A stretch of 64,000 nt of DNA from Eledone cirrhosa (GCA_964016885.1 OZ024751.1:38564001-38628000), one strand, 5' to 3'. Positions 28,544-45,190 are shown, counted from the stretch's first letter. Numbers and translations: made by a program. The notes: a model not told the origin generated them from the sequence alone.

Positions 28544-29353
28544 AATCAATATACATCTTTTAGTCAAGTGAAAATGTTAAGGAGATCCTGAATTTTCGGA
28601 TCTTATTCAGGTTTTTACGATTTTAAGTGACTGGGAGTACCAGACAAACCCCATCCCAAGCCATGAAAACAGCACATCACATGATTATCCTAGCTACTGT
28701 TAATACTACACCGTATAAGATGAGTTGAAATGAAGCGTTTCGCCACACGGTTCAGGAATCAAGTACATCACTATACAAGGAAAAGCCAAAGGCATTAAGT
28801 ATTGTACACGATGTTAAGGCAAAAGACTTCAAATAGATTCGATACGAAGTGTGTATTCTTAATTTTGAGAAAACTGTCTTACGAGTTGCAAACAATTTTC
28901 AGTATTTATTATCAGAGATCCTCTGAGATATATAGATCTAAAGAGTCCCTAAGATACTATTCACAATTATATATGTGTGTGAGTGTGTCTATGTATTAAG
29001 CATAAATATGATATCAAATATTCCCTTGATCTTGCTATTTAATATCTAACAACAGGTTATTGTCATGTAGAAGGAAGAACAAAGCAAGGAGTTTATTTCA
29101 TGGTTGAAAATGTCTGCTCGCGTCTAGACATCATATGTCTGTGAATGTATAAAGTATATGAACATAAATTACTTTGCCTGGCATATATAATCCAACGTTT
29201 CGTTTTTCTTCTTCTTCTTTTTTTTTAGGCCAGGGGCAATTACCGAAAGGGGACAACAAACAAAGTACTGAAAAGGGGAAAACGAATGCACTCAAATTAG
29301 ATATACTGATAAAATATTTTATTATATGTATATATACACACACATATATATAC

Positions 29354-29428
<75 letters not shown>

Positions 29429-30097
29429 CATATATGTGTATGCATGTATGTATAACATGTATTTATTTTAACTTCGTTCACCTATATTTTACCTAAAATG
29501 TTGCTCTGTCTGTCTGTCTAGTATTGTGTATTGTAATTATTCACAATGCCTGAACGAAAATAATCATTTCTCTTTAATCAGAAAGAATGAAAGGGGGAGA
29601 GCTTGAGAGTAACAAACGTCACTCGGGTTTGTACTATGAGAATTGATCACATTTATTAGTTGTTTGTCTATAATACAACATTATATTTTTTTCACTGATA
29701 TGATCAAACAATTAGGCTCATTCATTGGTCATTATGGATATTCATATAACTTAAACCTTTCTAACGAATAACCAATGGAGTCGATTGACTCATAAACTTC
29801 TCTGTCTACCGTTGCTTAGAGGAATATATTCATATTTTATCATATTTTTTTTTGAAAAATATCAATGCGATGTTTGAGATATATATAATATATACATAAT
29901 AATGAAAGATTAATAATAATAAAGAAAATAATAATGATTTATATAATAAAATAGGAATATGAATTGAAGAGTGAATAAAACAATATAGTTTATTGATATC
30001 CCTCGTTAATATTCACAATGATAAAATTATTATTTTTTATCATTGTATCCATATATGTATGTGTGCGCGGATAAATATACAGGAATATATACATAAA

Positions 30098-30102
<5 letters not shown>

Positions 30103-30171
<69 letters not shown>

Positions 30172-30286
30172 TATATTTATACATGTATATATATATATAC
30201 ATACACATATATGTGTATATATACATACATATATATATATACATATATATACACATACATATATACATACACATATATATATAAAC

Positions 30287-30376
<90 letters not shown>

Positions 30377-30608
30377 ACATATATACAGCTACATATATAG
30401 ATATACATATATACAGCTACATATATAGATATACATATATACAGCTACATATATAGATACACATATATAGAGCTACATATATAGATATACATATATACAT
30501 ATATACATATGTACATATATACATATATACATATATACACATATACATATATATACACATATATACATATATACACATATACATATATATACACATATAT
30601 ACATATAT
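30103..30608. repeat. (TA)n-derived region including a 28-bp tandem repeat
   Basis: (c/g)agct recurs at 30386, 30414, 30442 and 30470 (period 28). Confidence 0.9.
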
Positions 30609-31034
30609 GCGTATAGTTTTTACTGGAATAATTTAAAAAAATAATAACATTAGAACATAGATTATGGGGGGCTATATTTCGATGAATGTTTCTATGTTTC
30701 AGCAGCCCAAACTACATAAATTGGTACTAACGTATCTCAGTATCAACAGTATCTAAAATAATCTATACTGAAAGAAATCAAAGGGCCATCAATCATTTAT
30801 GAACTAAATAAACTGAATTATTTATTATACAAGATCAGAGATTCAGAAGTTAGAGAAAATAAAACGAAACGAATACATATTGAACATATATTTCAATGAT
30901 AATTTTTCTGATTTACATTTAAATAGAGATGGATATCGTTTGAATTTATTTTATGTACAATATATATGTGTATATATATGCTTATCTCTGTGAATATAAC
31001 TATACATATATATGGGTGTACATATATATATATG

Positions 31035-31066
<32 letters not shown>

Positions 31067-31153
31067 TTTTTTTTTTTTTCATATATATATATACATATAA
31101 ATATATGAATAGTATGCTTATTTCTTTGAATATATATATGGATGTATGTGTGC

Positions 31154-31215
<62 letters not shown>

Positions 31216-31250
31216 CTTATTTCTGTGAATATATCTGTATATATGGATGG

Positions 31251-31435
<185 letters not shown>

Positions 31436-31702
31436 GGAAATATGATTAGAATATATTTATTGTAAATCTCATACATGTGAACGTGACTAAAGCACATAAT
31501 TTTTCCTCAAATATACACCACTACCTCCAGGGCAAATTTATGACTCATAATAATTATAAATGTGTGTGTATATATATATATATACACTCACACACATATA
31601 TATATATATATATTTATATAAGGCAAATTATTAATAACATTTCTGATATACCCGTCAAGATGTTTTGTTTGTTTATTAAGAAAAACGAATGATCTGATCT
31701 TT

Positions 31703-31752
<50 letters not shown>

Positions 31753-32268
31753 CATATAATATGGAATGGCTATATTGAACCTTTTATCCTTTTCAATTAA
31801 TATATGATAAACATATTTCAATATCATTAAACTTAAATGATTAGTTCTTCATCTATTACAATTATAATTTCCTTTCATCTTCTTAAATATGCCTATGTAG
31901 AGGAATATTCTCTCGCCCCTTATCTCCTTTTGTTGTGGAACTCTTCTTTGCTAAACGTCAATGCAGTTTCGTTACTTTGTAAATCGCGGATCAGGCGTGC
32001 TTACAACTTCTTTGGTCATTGCTTCAGAAATAAAGTCTAAGAAAAGCAAGTGTGTTCGAGACACATTTAATATGTATCTAAGTTTCTGTTATTCTTCGCA
32101 CAACCTCTCTAAATATATGTGTGCGTTGGCATATTTTATGTATGCATATTCAAATAGTCGGTGGGGATTAGTGCAAAAGTGTATAGCTTCTACCATAGAT
32201 AACTTTTCATGGATTTTTCGTGACATCTACAGGAGTAGAAGTCTTTATATATATATATATACACACAT

Positions 32269-32310
<42 letters not shown>

Positions 32311-33061
32311 GGGGGTGAGGGTGTATACGTGTGTGTGTGCACAGTAGTGTGGACAACATTCAGGAAAGTGTTTAACCCACGCAACAAATATAATAATGTG
32401 ATGTGATATATATATATATATAAAAATAATGTAAGCATCAATAATGGATTGTTGAATACAACTTTACAACTGTGAAGATATTTAACGATAAACATTGGAA
32501 ATTTATATCGTTGTACTCCAAGCTAATCCTTATTCACTTAACTATGATTTACAAAGCTACATGAAATCAAAAATATCTGATGTAAAGAATTAAATTATCT
32601 TCGTGTAAATACAAGTTGACATGATGTACAGAGAGCTGTTCAAAACAAGCGGATTTAGTGGATAATCTGATGTTTAGAGAAGCGGAGTTGCGATCGGTTG
32701 ACCTTCTCAGTGATCTATACATAACTAAGTATAAAACCACCATAAATTGAGGTCAAATGATCAGAAACTATAGACTTCTATTAAAGGAACATTCCAGGGG
32801 AAAATAGATTTTTAAGAAATCAATAAGCTATAAATCATAGATGAAGCATATTTTTGCCTAATTAAGCTGTAAATTGAGCATTGATCTACTGAACTCATAT
32901 TGATTCCTTTTATTTCTTGTGCCAGAGTATCATTTTTTTGTGTGTGTGACTTCTTAGACAAAATAATGTCAAAATAGTAGAATATATAGTAATATATAGG
33001 CATACATACACGCATAGACACATACACTTATGTGCTAATGTTCTCCTTCTTTCTCTCTTTT

Positions 33062-33108
<47 letters not shown>

Positions 33109-33455
33109 TTGCGTGTATACAGACATAAATACCTACACATACTTATATGAAAGCATATGTGCTCTTATCTCCTGTCACCCCTCTTCAATTCACGCTTGAC
33201 CGCACATACTTAACCTAAATTAAGAATCAAAACCAATAAATAAAATAATTTTCTATCTTACACGCGCATACATGCATATATATATATATATATATACACA
33301 TACACACAGAGAGAAACTATTTAACCATTTAATTATCTAAAACAATAAGCAAAAAAAATGAAAAGGTTTTCAAATTAAGGAACCGTATTTTCTCCCCCCT
33401 TTTCTAAATACACACATTATATTCTCCGCCGCCTAATGCACGATTACACCACATA

Positions 33456-33830
33456 TAATTGTTTCTACTATTTGGCACAAGGCCAATAATTACCAGTGCA
33501 TTACTGGGACTTTATTTTATCGACCCCGTAAGGTTGAAAGGCAAAGTTAACCTCGGCGGGATTTGAACTCAGAATGGCAAGGGCCGTAACTCTATGCGTC
33601 AAAGCATGGCGTCCGACCCTCTACCGATACTGCCGCCAATCCCACATATAATTGTTTCTACTTTTGGCACAAGGCCAGCAATTACCCAGTGCATTACTGG
33701 TACTTTATTTTATCGACACCGTAAGGATGAAAGGCAAAGTTAACCTCGGCGGGATTAGAACTCAGAATGGAAAGGGCCGTAACTCCATGAGTCAAAGCAT
33801 GGCGTCCGACCCTCTACCGATACTGCCAAT
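33456..33830 (-). mobile_element. Two tandem near-full-length SINE S1 copies
   Basis: Copies at 33456-33641 and 33649-33830. The target motif ccacatataat lies at 33449 and 33642, and degenerate (acacataat) at 33831. Confidence 0.9.
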
Positions 33831-34590
33831 ACACATAATGACATAAAAACAGGCGTATAAATACTCAAATACATGCTTAAACTGCTGCAGTTTAAAGCAG
33901 TTATTTAAACGTGAAATCGTAGATGTTACTGCCAGCGATGTCATTGAAACATAAGACCAATTATCTGTTCACTTATTTGTTCTAGATTCAGTTAATTGTT
34001 GTTTGGTTCTATGTACCGTCGTATAAATCATGCCCGTTTCATGTCCATGTATAGCCACTGTCTAACGATAGAAACTTATTAAATGTATAATAAAAACATA
34101 TACGAATAAATATATACTGTATTTAAATGAAATGTTTAACAACTATAACTTAGTGTTAGGAAGTCCTCAAGCAGGGATCGTGAACTATAATTTGGCGTGT
34201 GTATTTTAAGAATAATAAGAATCTTGAAAATCGCAACAGTTAGCAAGTGTGGCAAAGAAACACTATGCATAAAATCAACGTTTTTTGTTCTCGTGAAATG
34301 CGGGCCGATACTGTGACTTCATGTGTTCAAGTGCAGCAGCAGCAGCTTGGAGTTTAATTATAAAGTGTGTGTGAATATATGTGGCACATAAACTACCACA
34401 AAACCAACCAACTGGCAAAGAAATCTAACGTTTAAATCATTTCAGAAGTTGCGTCTATATAGCCTATTTATATAAACTCTATATTTCCATCATAGTACTT
34501 ATAAGTTATCGCAGTATATCGGGTGCTTTTCGCTTCCGTCAGTCAACTTCGGGAAGCGTTGTCTACGATAAAATATATTTGCTCATGGTA

Positions 34591-34628
<38 letters not shown>

Positions 34629-34630
<2 letters not shown>

Positions 34631-34728
34631 AATGAGTAGGACCCCGACGGCTGAGCTCAAGCCGTTTCAACGGCTAATTCTGGACAGGTGCGTTATGGTC
34701 CACCTGGCTCCTTACCATATTTCCTTCG

Positions 34729-34730
<2 letters not shown>
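34629..34730 (+). mobile_element. Family P copy 3 (right arm deleted)
   Basis: Left arm ggaatgagtaggacccc..ctggac is joined directly to tail ggtgcgttatggtcc..ccttcgtt; (TA)n flanks. Confidence 0.85.
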
Positions 34731-34776
<46 letters not shown>

Positions 34777-34989
34777 GGGCTTCTAATTGGTCTCTTTTCT
34801 GTGTATAGTTATTCAAATATTACACTGCTAACCTCTGATTTTATCATATCTTCATAACCATATATCTCACACTAGGTGAGCTAAGAATGTAAGTTGTATC
34901 TAATAACTTTATACATTAATCTCCATCTGCAGCATAAATACAATTACACACACACACATTATATATATATATATAGATATAAATACACA

Positions 34990-35079
34990 CAGGTTGTCCC
35001 CCCAAAATGTATACACACTTCGGCAGCATTCTAATAAATATTGCTTGTTCAGGTCTGTATAGACTTTTGGGAGACACCC

Positions 35080-35081
<2 letters not shown>
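34990..35081. mobile_element. Tc1/mariner-type MITE (~90 bp)
   Basis: Terminal inverted repeats caggttgtccccccaaaatgtatac / gtatagacttttgggagacacccta, with TA at the right junction. Confidence 0.6.
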
Positions 35082-35159
<78 letters not shown>

Positions 35160-35175
35160 TGTATGTGTGTGTGTT

Positions 35176-35220
<45 letters not shown>

Positions 35221-35464
35221 ATAAACAAGATAGGTTGACTTACAAAGTATTGGGAATATAGTGGCCACAATTTAGATAACTACAATAATATTTGATACCC
35301 ATAAACTGAAGTTAGATATATCGGGTAGATAATTCTTGGGAATTGGAAAATGCAGCCAGTGACACCTTCAATTTAGTGAAATAATATTTATTGGTGTCAA
35401 ATAATATTATAGTTAGCTGCATCGATGCGACGTTATTTGTACATCGAAAATCTCCCAAGGGAAA

Positions 35465-35503
<39 letters not shown>

Positions 35504-35727
35504 AGTACAAAAGATGGTTAAAAGAGTTCCATGTATTTTATTATGCGCATTTCAAAAATAAATATCATCATGCAATAATATTTGTGTTTTCATCAGATAA
35601 AACAAGAAGACATGATATGAAGGTTAAAAAACACTTGTGGATAGTGCAGTTTTAAATCAACATTGCTTTATTGTACTACAATAAAACTCACCTCCTACAT
35701 TATATATATATATATATATATATATAT

Positions 35728-36384
35728 CCAGGGGGTGTAACTAGGAGTTACTGCAGGTTCACCCGGCAGAGCACTCGATGTTTAGGTTCACTTCTGTGAT
35801 GAGGTGTAGAGCTATACAGAGTGTAATATATAGAAAGGATAAAAAGGACGATTGATTATTCCTTCGTTGCATTTATTGATAGGTGACGCGTGTTTCGCCA
35901 CTGATCAGCTCAAGGTTCGATCTATATCGATTCTAGCCGACTCAATAATCCGCAGCTCGGCGGACCCTCTTAAAATGCTATGAGAAAATGAAATACATGC
36001 TATGTGGTAAAGTCAGAGATTCAAGAGTTTGACAAAATGAGTTGTTTTGATTGGTGGGAAGGATCAAGGCGATGTACTGGCGTGTAGTGTTTATGGGGGT
36101 GGGTGTGATGGTGAGATGTTGGTGGCGGTCGGTGGATGAGGTGGGCTGTGGTGTGGTGGTGGTTGGTTGGCCTTGGCGTGTAGAGTATGTGGGGGTGGAT
36201 GTGATGATATGGTGGTGGTTATGGTTGCTTAGTGGGATGGGCTGTGGTATGAGGTTAGTGGATTGTCAATAGACGGGTTGGCGTGTGTGTGGGGGTGTGG
36301 AATTGGTGCCGTCGTCTATGGTAGCAGCGTTTGTGGTGGTGTGGTGGATATATTGGTGGCGTCAAGGTCATTATCTAGATACTT

Positions 36385-36385
<1 letters not shown>
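35728..36385 (-). mobile_element. Probable Penelope-like 3' remnant adjoining (TA)n
   Basis: The minus strand reads ggcGAAACacgcGTCacct then AATAAA (hammerhead 3' half plus polyA signal) and ends in (TA)n. A CA-rich low-complexity region lies upstream. Confidence 0.4.
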
Positions 36386-36477
<92 letters not shown>

Positions 36478-36494
36478 GAGAGTGAGAGAGAGAG
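36386..36494. repeat. (GA)n microsatellite
   Basis: Seen directly. Confidence 0.95.
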
Positions 36495-36824
36495 ATGGTT
36501 TTAACTGCAAGGTATATCATGCTCATGTGTGTTTTTTAATAAAGGCACGTTTCAATTTATAGCAGATCTTAAAACAAAAATGATTTCACCACTATCCCTC
36601 CCGAGGGCAGGGAAATAGATGGCTCGAAATAGGTACTACGTCAAATATACCCTACCTACATTGAAGTAACAACATATTTTGTTTATTTCCATGTTATCAA
36701 ACCTATGGTGAAAAGAGTTTGGAACACGGGTGGCAAGACAATGTTTAATTGTTCAAGTTAATAAAAAGAAAGGAATAATCACGTGACGGTTGCATATATT
36801 TCAAATGAAAGAATGAAAAAGAAA

Positions 36825-36956
<132 letters not shown>

Positions 36957-36995
36957 AGAAATATACTTATATATATATATACCTGTAGTGATATA

Positions 36996-37027
<32 letters not shown>

Positions 37028-37029
<2 letters not shown>

Positions 37030-37177
37030 AACCAGTAAGACCCCGACGGCTGAGCTCAAGCCGTCGAAACGGCTTGAGCTCAGCCGTCGGGGTTCCTATT
37101 ACCCACTCTACTACCCTAAGTATTGAGTACTTTGGTGCGTTATGGTCCACCTGGTTCCTTACCACATTTCCTTCGTT
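37028..37177 (+). mobile_element. Family P copy 4 (central hairpin deleted between agccgt repeats)
   Basis: ggaaccagtaagacccc..caagccgtcgaaacggc..tail ccttcgtt; (TA)n flanks. Confidence 0.9.
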
Positions 37178-37178
37178 A

Positions 37179-37239
<61 letters not shown>

Positions 37240-39697
37240 TTAGATATATACACTGTTAATCTCCTATTTTTCAGTCGGATATATAATTGATTGCGTGTGA
37301 TAAAATACTTTTCTTAAAACCATCAATATATATCTGGCTTCCGTATAATTGCTCTCAGTAAATATAATTACGATAATTAAGAAACTATTTGATTACTGAA
37401 TGAAAAATATTGAGTATCACATTTGTACTTCTAACCTGATTTTTCTTTCTCATTTATTGCTGTCCCTCGGGGATATTCTCAGGTCGTGATATTGTTACTG
37501 GTCAACGCTTCTTTCAAATTATTTTATCTTTATTACTTAGGGAGCTTTATTTAACATGACTAATACACTCCACTTGTAATCTCTCTAGTTTCGACTCTAC
37601 TATCACAATAGATATTAGCAGACTATATAACATTTCTGAAATGAAATGAATTGAGTGTCGGTCATAGTAGTTTAATATTTTGATATCATTTATTTTATAT
37701 TCTGTACAATTGGATTCGGGCAAACTTTCAGTTTGTGGTTTTACTGGATACAAACAAACTTTGGTCATGCTGGAGTATTGCCTTCCGGTGCATAATTTAT
37801 GATATAGAAGGACTGTTTATATTAATGCCCCAAGACAAAGGAAACATAATCTTGTATTTGATTTAAAGGAATAATATATAGAGATGTACAAGAAAGCATG
37901 TAAATTATTTCGTTCAAACTTCTAACAACGAGGTGTTACTAGCAGAATCCCCCTAAAAAAATTGGGTTATATATGTTACTGCTAACCATGACGGGCATTA
38001 CATTAAGTTACGTGGTTAAGATCATTGCTCATATTTGGGATATTTAACCCCAGAGGAAAAGCGGTCAATCTGTGACCAACCCAGATTTTGTGTTATATCC
38101 GTCCCTACATTGTCCTATCTGCCGTTTATTTTGTTTTTGAAAATGGGTTTGTATATGAGGAGATTTTGACTGCACTTTCTAGCATGTAGGTCAACCCCCT
38201 CTGAGATTTCTCCTTATTGGCATCACTAGTGCCGTTCTCAGATGTCGGACAACATATTCAACAATGTATGGTATGTATAAAGTGATATATAACCAAGTAA
38301 TGTATGTTAAGTACAGCTAACACCAGTACTTAGCGTGATCTTGTTTATAATAAAATAGTCTGTCGTTAGTATAAGTCGTTTACATCAAAATCAAAGCATC
38401 TAATGTGTCGTTTCAATTGTCTCATTGACTATACCTAAGTGGTTTCAATAGGAATGTACTGTATATGGCATTGAATTACATTACACTACATTGCATTACT
38501 CAAGCAATCGTAACCTCGTTTGCAACAGGTATTCTAGCCTAGTAGTATATAATGTTGCACTAGATGATACAGCTCTTGACATTCGTTTTATAACCACTTA
38601 CATCTAGACCCTCTGAACAACCATCAGACCAACCCCTCTTGTTTACAGCAAGAGAGCAAATACAATAAAATGCCTTAGTTTCCTTCTATCGTTCAATAAA
38701 TATGTTTACTTTAGCCCACCTCCGGAAGCACATATATGCTCTTATGTCAATCGAAAAAGTTATGAACCTTCTGACACCTCAGTCATTTATTCTCAAGCAT
38801 CATTCATGCCAAGAAAGGAATGCCAAATACACTTTCATTGCATTTTCCTTTCGTTTATTTGTTCTCTTTTTAGTGATTTTACTATCATTTTTGTTATATT
38901 TTTGTTTTATTTTTGTTTTATTCGCTTAAATAAATCGATTACATGGTTATCGACCAATGAAGATTTAAACAGGAAATCCAAACCAGTCGCACTATCGAGA
39001 TTAGCAAATATGGTAATGATGAGCATTTTCTTATTTCGTTTTTACATTTTTCATATATACATTATTTTCATTTTATTTCTTATATTTTTTTTACTAAACG
39101 TTTTCTTTTTTTCGTTACCACATTAACCTAGAGTTTCCTCCCCTCTATTTAAATTTATATATCTAACTACATCGTTCTCTATTCAAACTTTCAAATATTG
39201 AGAAACGTACACTCTTGACATTAACCCATGGATACACACACATACATATATATGGAAATGTGACTGTCCCAAATGCAGGAAACTCTTATGACAACAATTA
39301 CTATAAAAAATAAGTGGATGGTGGCACACACATATATATCTGTGTGTGTGTGTGTGTGTGTGTTTGTGTATGTTTGTGTATGTTTGTGTATATCCATGTG
39401 AATATGCATGTGTGTCTGTGTGCGTGTGTCACCGCTATTTTTACTGAATATTAAACCCCACAACTTTCTGTCTAATATTTTATCCCTATTACCTGAGGCA
39501 TTAAATTTACCTCTCCCCCAATCAATTCTCTTTATTTCCTTTATCTTTATCTTTCATTGTCTGTCTCACTGTTATCTCAGCCATAGTCAAATCAACACAT
39601 GATCAACATATGATTTCTCATTTGTATGTTTGTATCTCTCTAGTATTGTCATGATGCATATCTATACTCTTTTATCCTCTTCTTTAAGTATCACTTC

Positions 39698-40065
39698 AGA
39701 AGGAAGGCGAAAGTGGAGCGAGAGCTGCTACACCCCAGTAAATTCGCTGAAAGGTGGGTGAATGTGTCAAAAATGGCCCGAGTGAATGGGTCTACTCTGT
39801 ATATAAACCTGTAGGTTGAAGAAGATAAACAGAGGGAAGACAGGAACACCTACAAAACGTGTTCCTGGTGTTGAGGGTTGTTCTATCCACGGGGTGTAAA
39901 ACAACCCTGCAGTAACATTCCCCCATATTGGGGATTTCAATTGTTATTTTATTATATATAGTTTATTGTTATTTATTAATGTTAAAGTTATTTTTATGTA
40001 AAAACCTCCGCTGTCACGTCTTGTAATGTCCCATTTTTCTACGCCCTGTGTCAAATAAAGAAAGA
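39698..40065 (+). mobile_element. Unclassified interspersed-repeat-like island (possible LINE 3' end or solo LTR)
   Basis: GC-richer block with TATA-like tgtatataaac and terminal tgtcaAATAAAgaa. Single copy here. Confidence 0.3.
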
Positions 40066-40364
40066 TATCTATATTCTTTTATCTCTCTCTCATCAAATTC
40101 TTGTTCCGTATTATTCCACCAGAAATCTTCACCCTGCTCACACCATATTCTCACACATCTTTATTTCAATCTCAATCGCCACAACTTTTTATTCCCACAT
40201 TTATATTAAATTCATTCTCAACCTTTTATAAACTCGTTCTCAATATCTTTCCCTATCTTTCTCGTCATCACCTAATATGCTTCTCCCTATCTCTGCACCT
40301 CTCTCACCTTATCAATATTAATCTACTTCATTTTCTGATCATATATAAACATATACCTCGAATT

Positions 40365-40427
<63 letters not shown>

Positions 40428-40435
40428 ACTCTCTC

Positions 40436-40479
<44 letters not shown>

Positions 40480-40707
40480 TTTTCTCCCCATCTGATTCTT
40501 CCTATTCCTACCTTTCTCTGTCTATCTTTCTATCAAGGTATCTCTCTGGGTTTCTGACCCTCTCTATATCTGATGCTCCCTCCTCATCCCAGTCTATTTC
40601 CTTTTCTTCCAATCTCTATCACTCTCTCAATCACACTCACTATGTATTCTCACTCTTTCAGACTAACTCTCCCACCAGTCCCCACACAGTATGACTGTAT
40701 ATTCAGT

Positions 40708-40915
<208 letters not shown>

Positions 40916-41187
40916 GCAGTAATTATCAGAAATGATTTATTACGGACATTGATGAAAATTTTCTCTTCCTTCGTAATATTGTCTAATATTGATTGCTGCT
41001 TCACCGTCCTTTCTTCTTTATTAAGCTTGCTGGTGTTTGTTGTGACATAGACGCACCCACATACACACAGCTAAATACACATACGTAACACACAAACATA
41101 TATGCACATTTATACATATATACACGCACACGTATACATATATGTATACATATAGGGACAAACATTTATGCATATATATATACATAC

Positions 41188-41224
<37 letters not shown>

Positions 41225-41235
41225 CGCACACGCAT

Positions 41236-41268
<33 letters not shown>

Positions 41269-41309
41269 CAGACATATATTTATCTACATACATATATATA
41301 TAATTAAAC

Positions 41310-41368
<59 letters not shown>

Positions 41369-41470
41369 ATATACGTACGTACATATAGAGATAGATAAAA
41401 GGGAGGGCAAGAGTGTAAGCTGAAGTGATATATTTAAGTGAGTCATAGTAATACACACGCACACACATTA

Positions 41471-41513
<43 letters not shown>

Positions 41514-41534
41514 ATATCTATATATATATATATA

Positions 41535-41697
41535 GGAACGAGTAGGACTAGATATTTAGTCCAGAATTAGCCGTCGAAACGGCTTGAGCTCAGCCGTCGG
41601 GGTCCTACTCATTCCTATTACCCACTCTACTACCCAAAAAGTATTGAGTACTTTGGTATGTTATGGTTCATCTGGTTCCTTACCATATTTCCTTCGT

Positions 41698-41698
<1 letters not shown>
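41535..41698 (+). mobile_element. Family P copy 5 (left arm deleted between ggac repeats)
   Basis: ggaacgagtaggac|tagatatttagtccagaattagccgtcgaaac..tail ccttcgtt. Confidence 0.9.
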
Positions 41699-41731
<33 letters not shown>

Positions 41732-42236
41732 ATATATGTATAAAGCCCTGCCTTACAAACTTAAGGGATACACACATTTATTTCGTCTCGTCTATATCCC
41801 CCTCCACACACACACACACACGGACAACTTGCTGGCCTCCTACCAACATTAGAAATCTATATCCAATAATTTCATATAATTACATTCATGATATAATATG
41901 ATTTTTTTTTTTTTTTCTGTTTAAACATATATTTGATACTAAAATCTTTCAGACAATTTCAAATGCAAATAAATAATAAATATTATTCTGAAAATACATT
42001 TTCCTAAAAGTTAATTTAACAAATTATATTTTCGTTAAATTTAATATTATTTATTTCTTGACATGTATATATTTTAAGTTTCTGCCAACACTGGAATTGG
42101 TTGATAGAGCTGATGTACTTAATTCCAAACTCACACAGACATACACGTATACATATATTGTTCCATACACATACACAATGAGACACACACATATACATAA
42201 ATATATGTGTGTGTGTGTGTATCTGTGTGTGTTTGT

Positions 42237-42421
42237 AATAATTGATTCTACTTTTGGCACAAGGCCAGCAATTATCTCAGTATGTTATGGTACTGGTACT
42301 TTATTTCGTCGACCCCGTAAGGATGAAAGGCAATGTTAACCTCAGCGGGATTTGAACTCAGACCATAAAGGGTGGTAACACTATGCTTCAAAGCATAACG
42401 TCTGATCCTCTACCGATACTG
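42237..42421 (-). mobile_element. SINE S1, slightly 5'-truncated
   Basis: Consensus match. Confidence 0.85.
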
Positions 42422-42485
42422 GGAAAATTGTAACTGCAATGGTCATAATCCAAAAAGGATTTCGTATGAGTTCTGCATATACATA

Positions 42486-43232
<747 letters not shown>

Positions 43233-43333
43233 ATATAGCTCTGATTATTTAATTTATAAATTTTTCATTGAGCCACAAAGTGACCAGTTGCAAAACACGT
43301 ATATGTATATATATGTATATATATATGTAAACT

Positions 43334-43395
<62 letters not shown>

Positions 43396-43422
43396 TATAT
43401 ATATACACATATATATATATAC

Positions 43423-43514
<92 letters not shown>

Positions 43515-43546
43515 ACATATATATATATACATATATATATACATAT

Positions 43547-43707
<161 letters not shown>

Positions 43708-43747
43708 ACACGGGTGTGCATGATTGTGTATAGAAGATTATATTAAT

Positions 43748-44025
43748 AAAAGGAATTCCAACTTTGTCTGATTTACTCGTTATAATTGAACAAGTACTTT
43801 CATGCTTTCGCAATCTTCAGGTTCATATTGTGTAGTGACAGTCAAGTTTGCAAACTTGACTGTCACCACATAATATGAACCTGAAGATTGCGAAAGAAGG
43901 AAGTTACTTGTTCAATTAACTCTTAACATTTAATATTCTACCATACTATTTCATTATAATACCATTATAAATTTCAAAGGATTGTAAATAAAACGAGTAA
44001 ATCAGACAAAGTTTGAATTCCTTTT
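43748..44025. mobile_element. Fold-back (inverted) Penelope-like pLTR remnant
   Basis: Palindrome centred at 43850/43851 (caagtttg|caaacttg). The arms include CTGAAGAttgcGAAA (43881-43895) and its inverse. Outer arms are 43748-43781 / 43992-44025, with a deletion in the left arm. Confidence 0.6.
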
Positions 44026-44028
44026 ACG

Positions 44029-44559
44029 AGTGTGACTTTTTAGTCCATCCGGCGACATGAAAACTCCGGCACAAACACTACACCCGTGACAACCATTGAC
44101 ATATAGTGCTGGGCCAATGGCTCCACGTGACGACAAGTGCAGTGAGATCTCCAGATATGAAGCAATGCCTGTGCCGTGAAGCTTTTATAGTGAGCAAAGG
44201 CACTGCACATAGCCAGTCCCACTCTCTTAAACAAGATGATATTTACCAAAAAGAAGAACAAGTCAACATCATTGGATACCATCAGGGTTGCAGGTGTTAT
44301 ATCAGAGTTTTCTTTCTCCTAGAATTCTGCCTTGACAAAGGCTAAGGGGTCATCTCTCCCGGTGATTTTGGATGGCCATTGACTCTTAAGAGCTCCTTTG
44401 CCCTTTGACAGGTTTTGTTTTTAGTCCTGCAGGATGTCCAAAGTCACCCTCCTCACCAAGAAACCTTGGTGGGGTTGCCAGTTTACTCGCCAACGACCCG
44501 ACCATGAGACAGGTTGTACTGGGATACATGTTACCATAGCACCAACTTGTGTCCTGACA
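44029..44559 (-). mobile_element. Non-autonomous RTE-derived element (5'UTR-like), copy 1
   Basis: Highly similar to 49620-50149. The minus strand has tctaggagaaagaaaactctgat, resembling RTE-clade 5' UTRs. Confidence 0.7.
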
Positions 44560-45060
44560 TAATATACACACACATACATATACATATACACACACATATT
44601 TATACACACATACATATATATACACATACATACATATATATATCTATATATATACACACACGTGTATGTGTGTGTATATATACGCATGTGTGTGTATGAA
44701 GGGGATAGTGTGTGTGTGTATTTAATTTTGTAATGTCAAGAAAATATTTCCTTTTATTTATATTGATCTACTGGATTATTAAAATCAATTCTGTTTGTTT
44801 TCCTTCCTATGTCACTCTTTGCCATGTCATTTTACAGTTGAAAGTTTATAGAGCTCAGATGGACATAATCAATCATTAGTTCAATACATTCACGATAATA
44901 CGAGCCTCTTGAGTATTTTAACAACAAGGGCCTCAGTCTTATCTGTAAATAATTCCCCTTCACCCAAACCCATAAACTGCTGGCCTAATTTAGAAAACAT
45001 TATTATATCATTATTCCACTTGGTGGACGAATAAGATCTGGGATCTAATCGATCAATCGA

Positions 45061-45106
<46 letters not shown>

Positions 45107-45144
45107 TATATATATATATATATTTCATATATTATATATACATA

Positions 45145-45190
45145 GGAAAAGGTTCAGGACCCCGATGGCGGAGCTCAAGCCGCCTTGACG
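45145..45190. mobile_element. Family P copy 6 (arm fragment)
   Basis: ggaaaaggttcaggaccccgatggcggagctcaagccg in (TA)n. Confidence 0.7.

Noticed and set aside
44040-44345. Duplicated ~80-aa ORFs (also 49631-49936)
   Set aside because: They lie inside a repeated non-coding element and have no recognisable domain.
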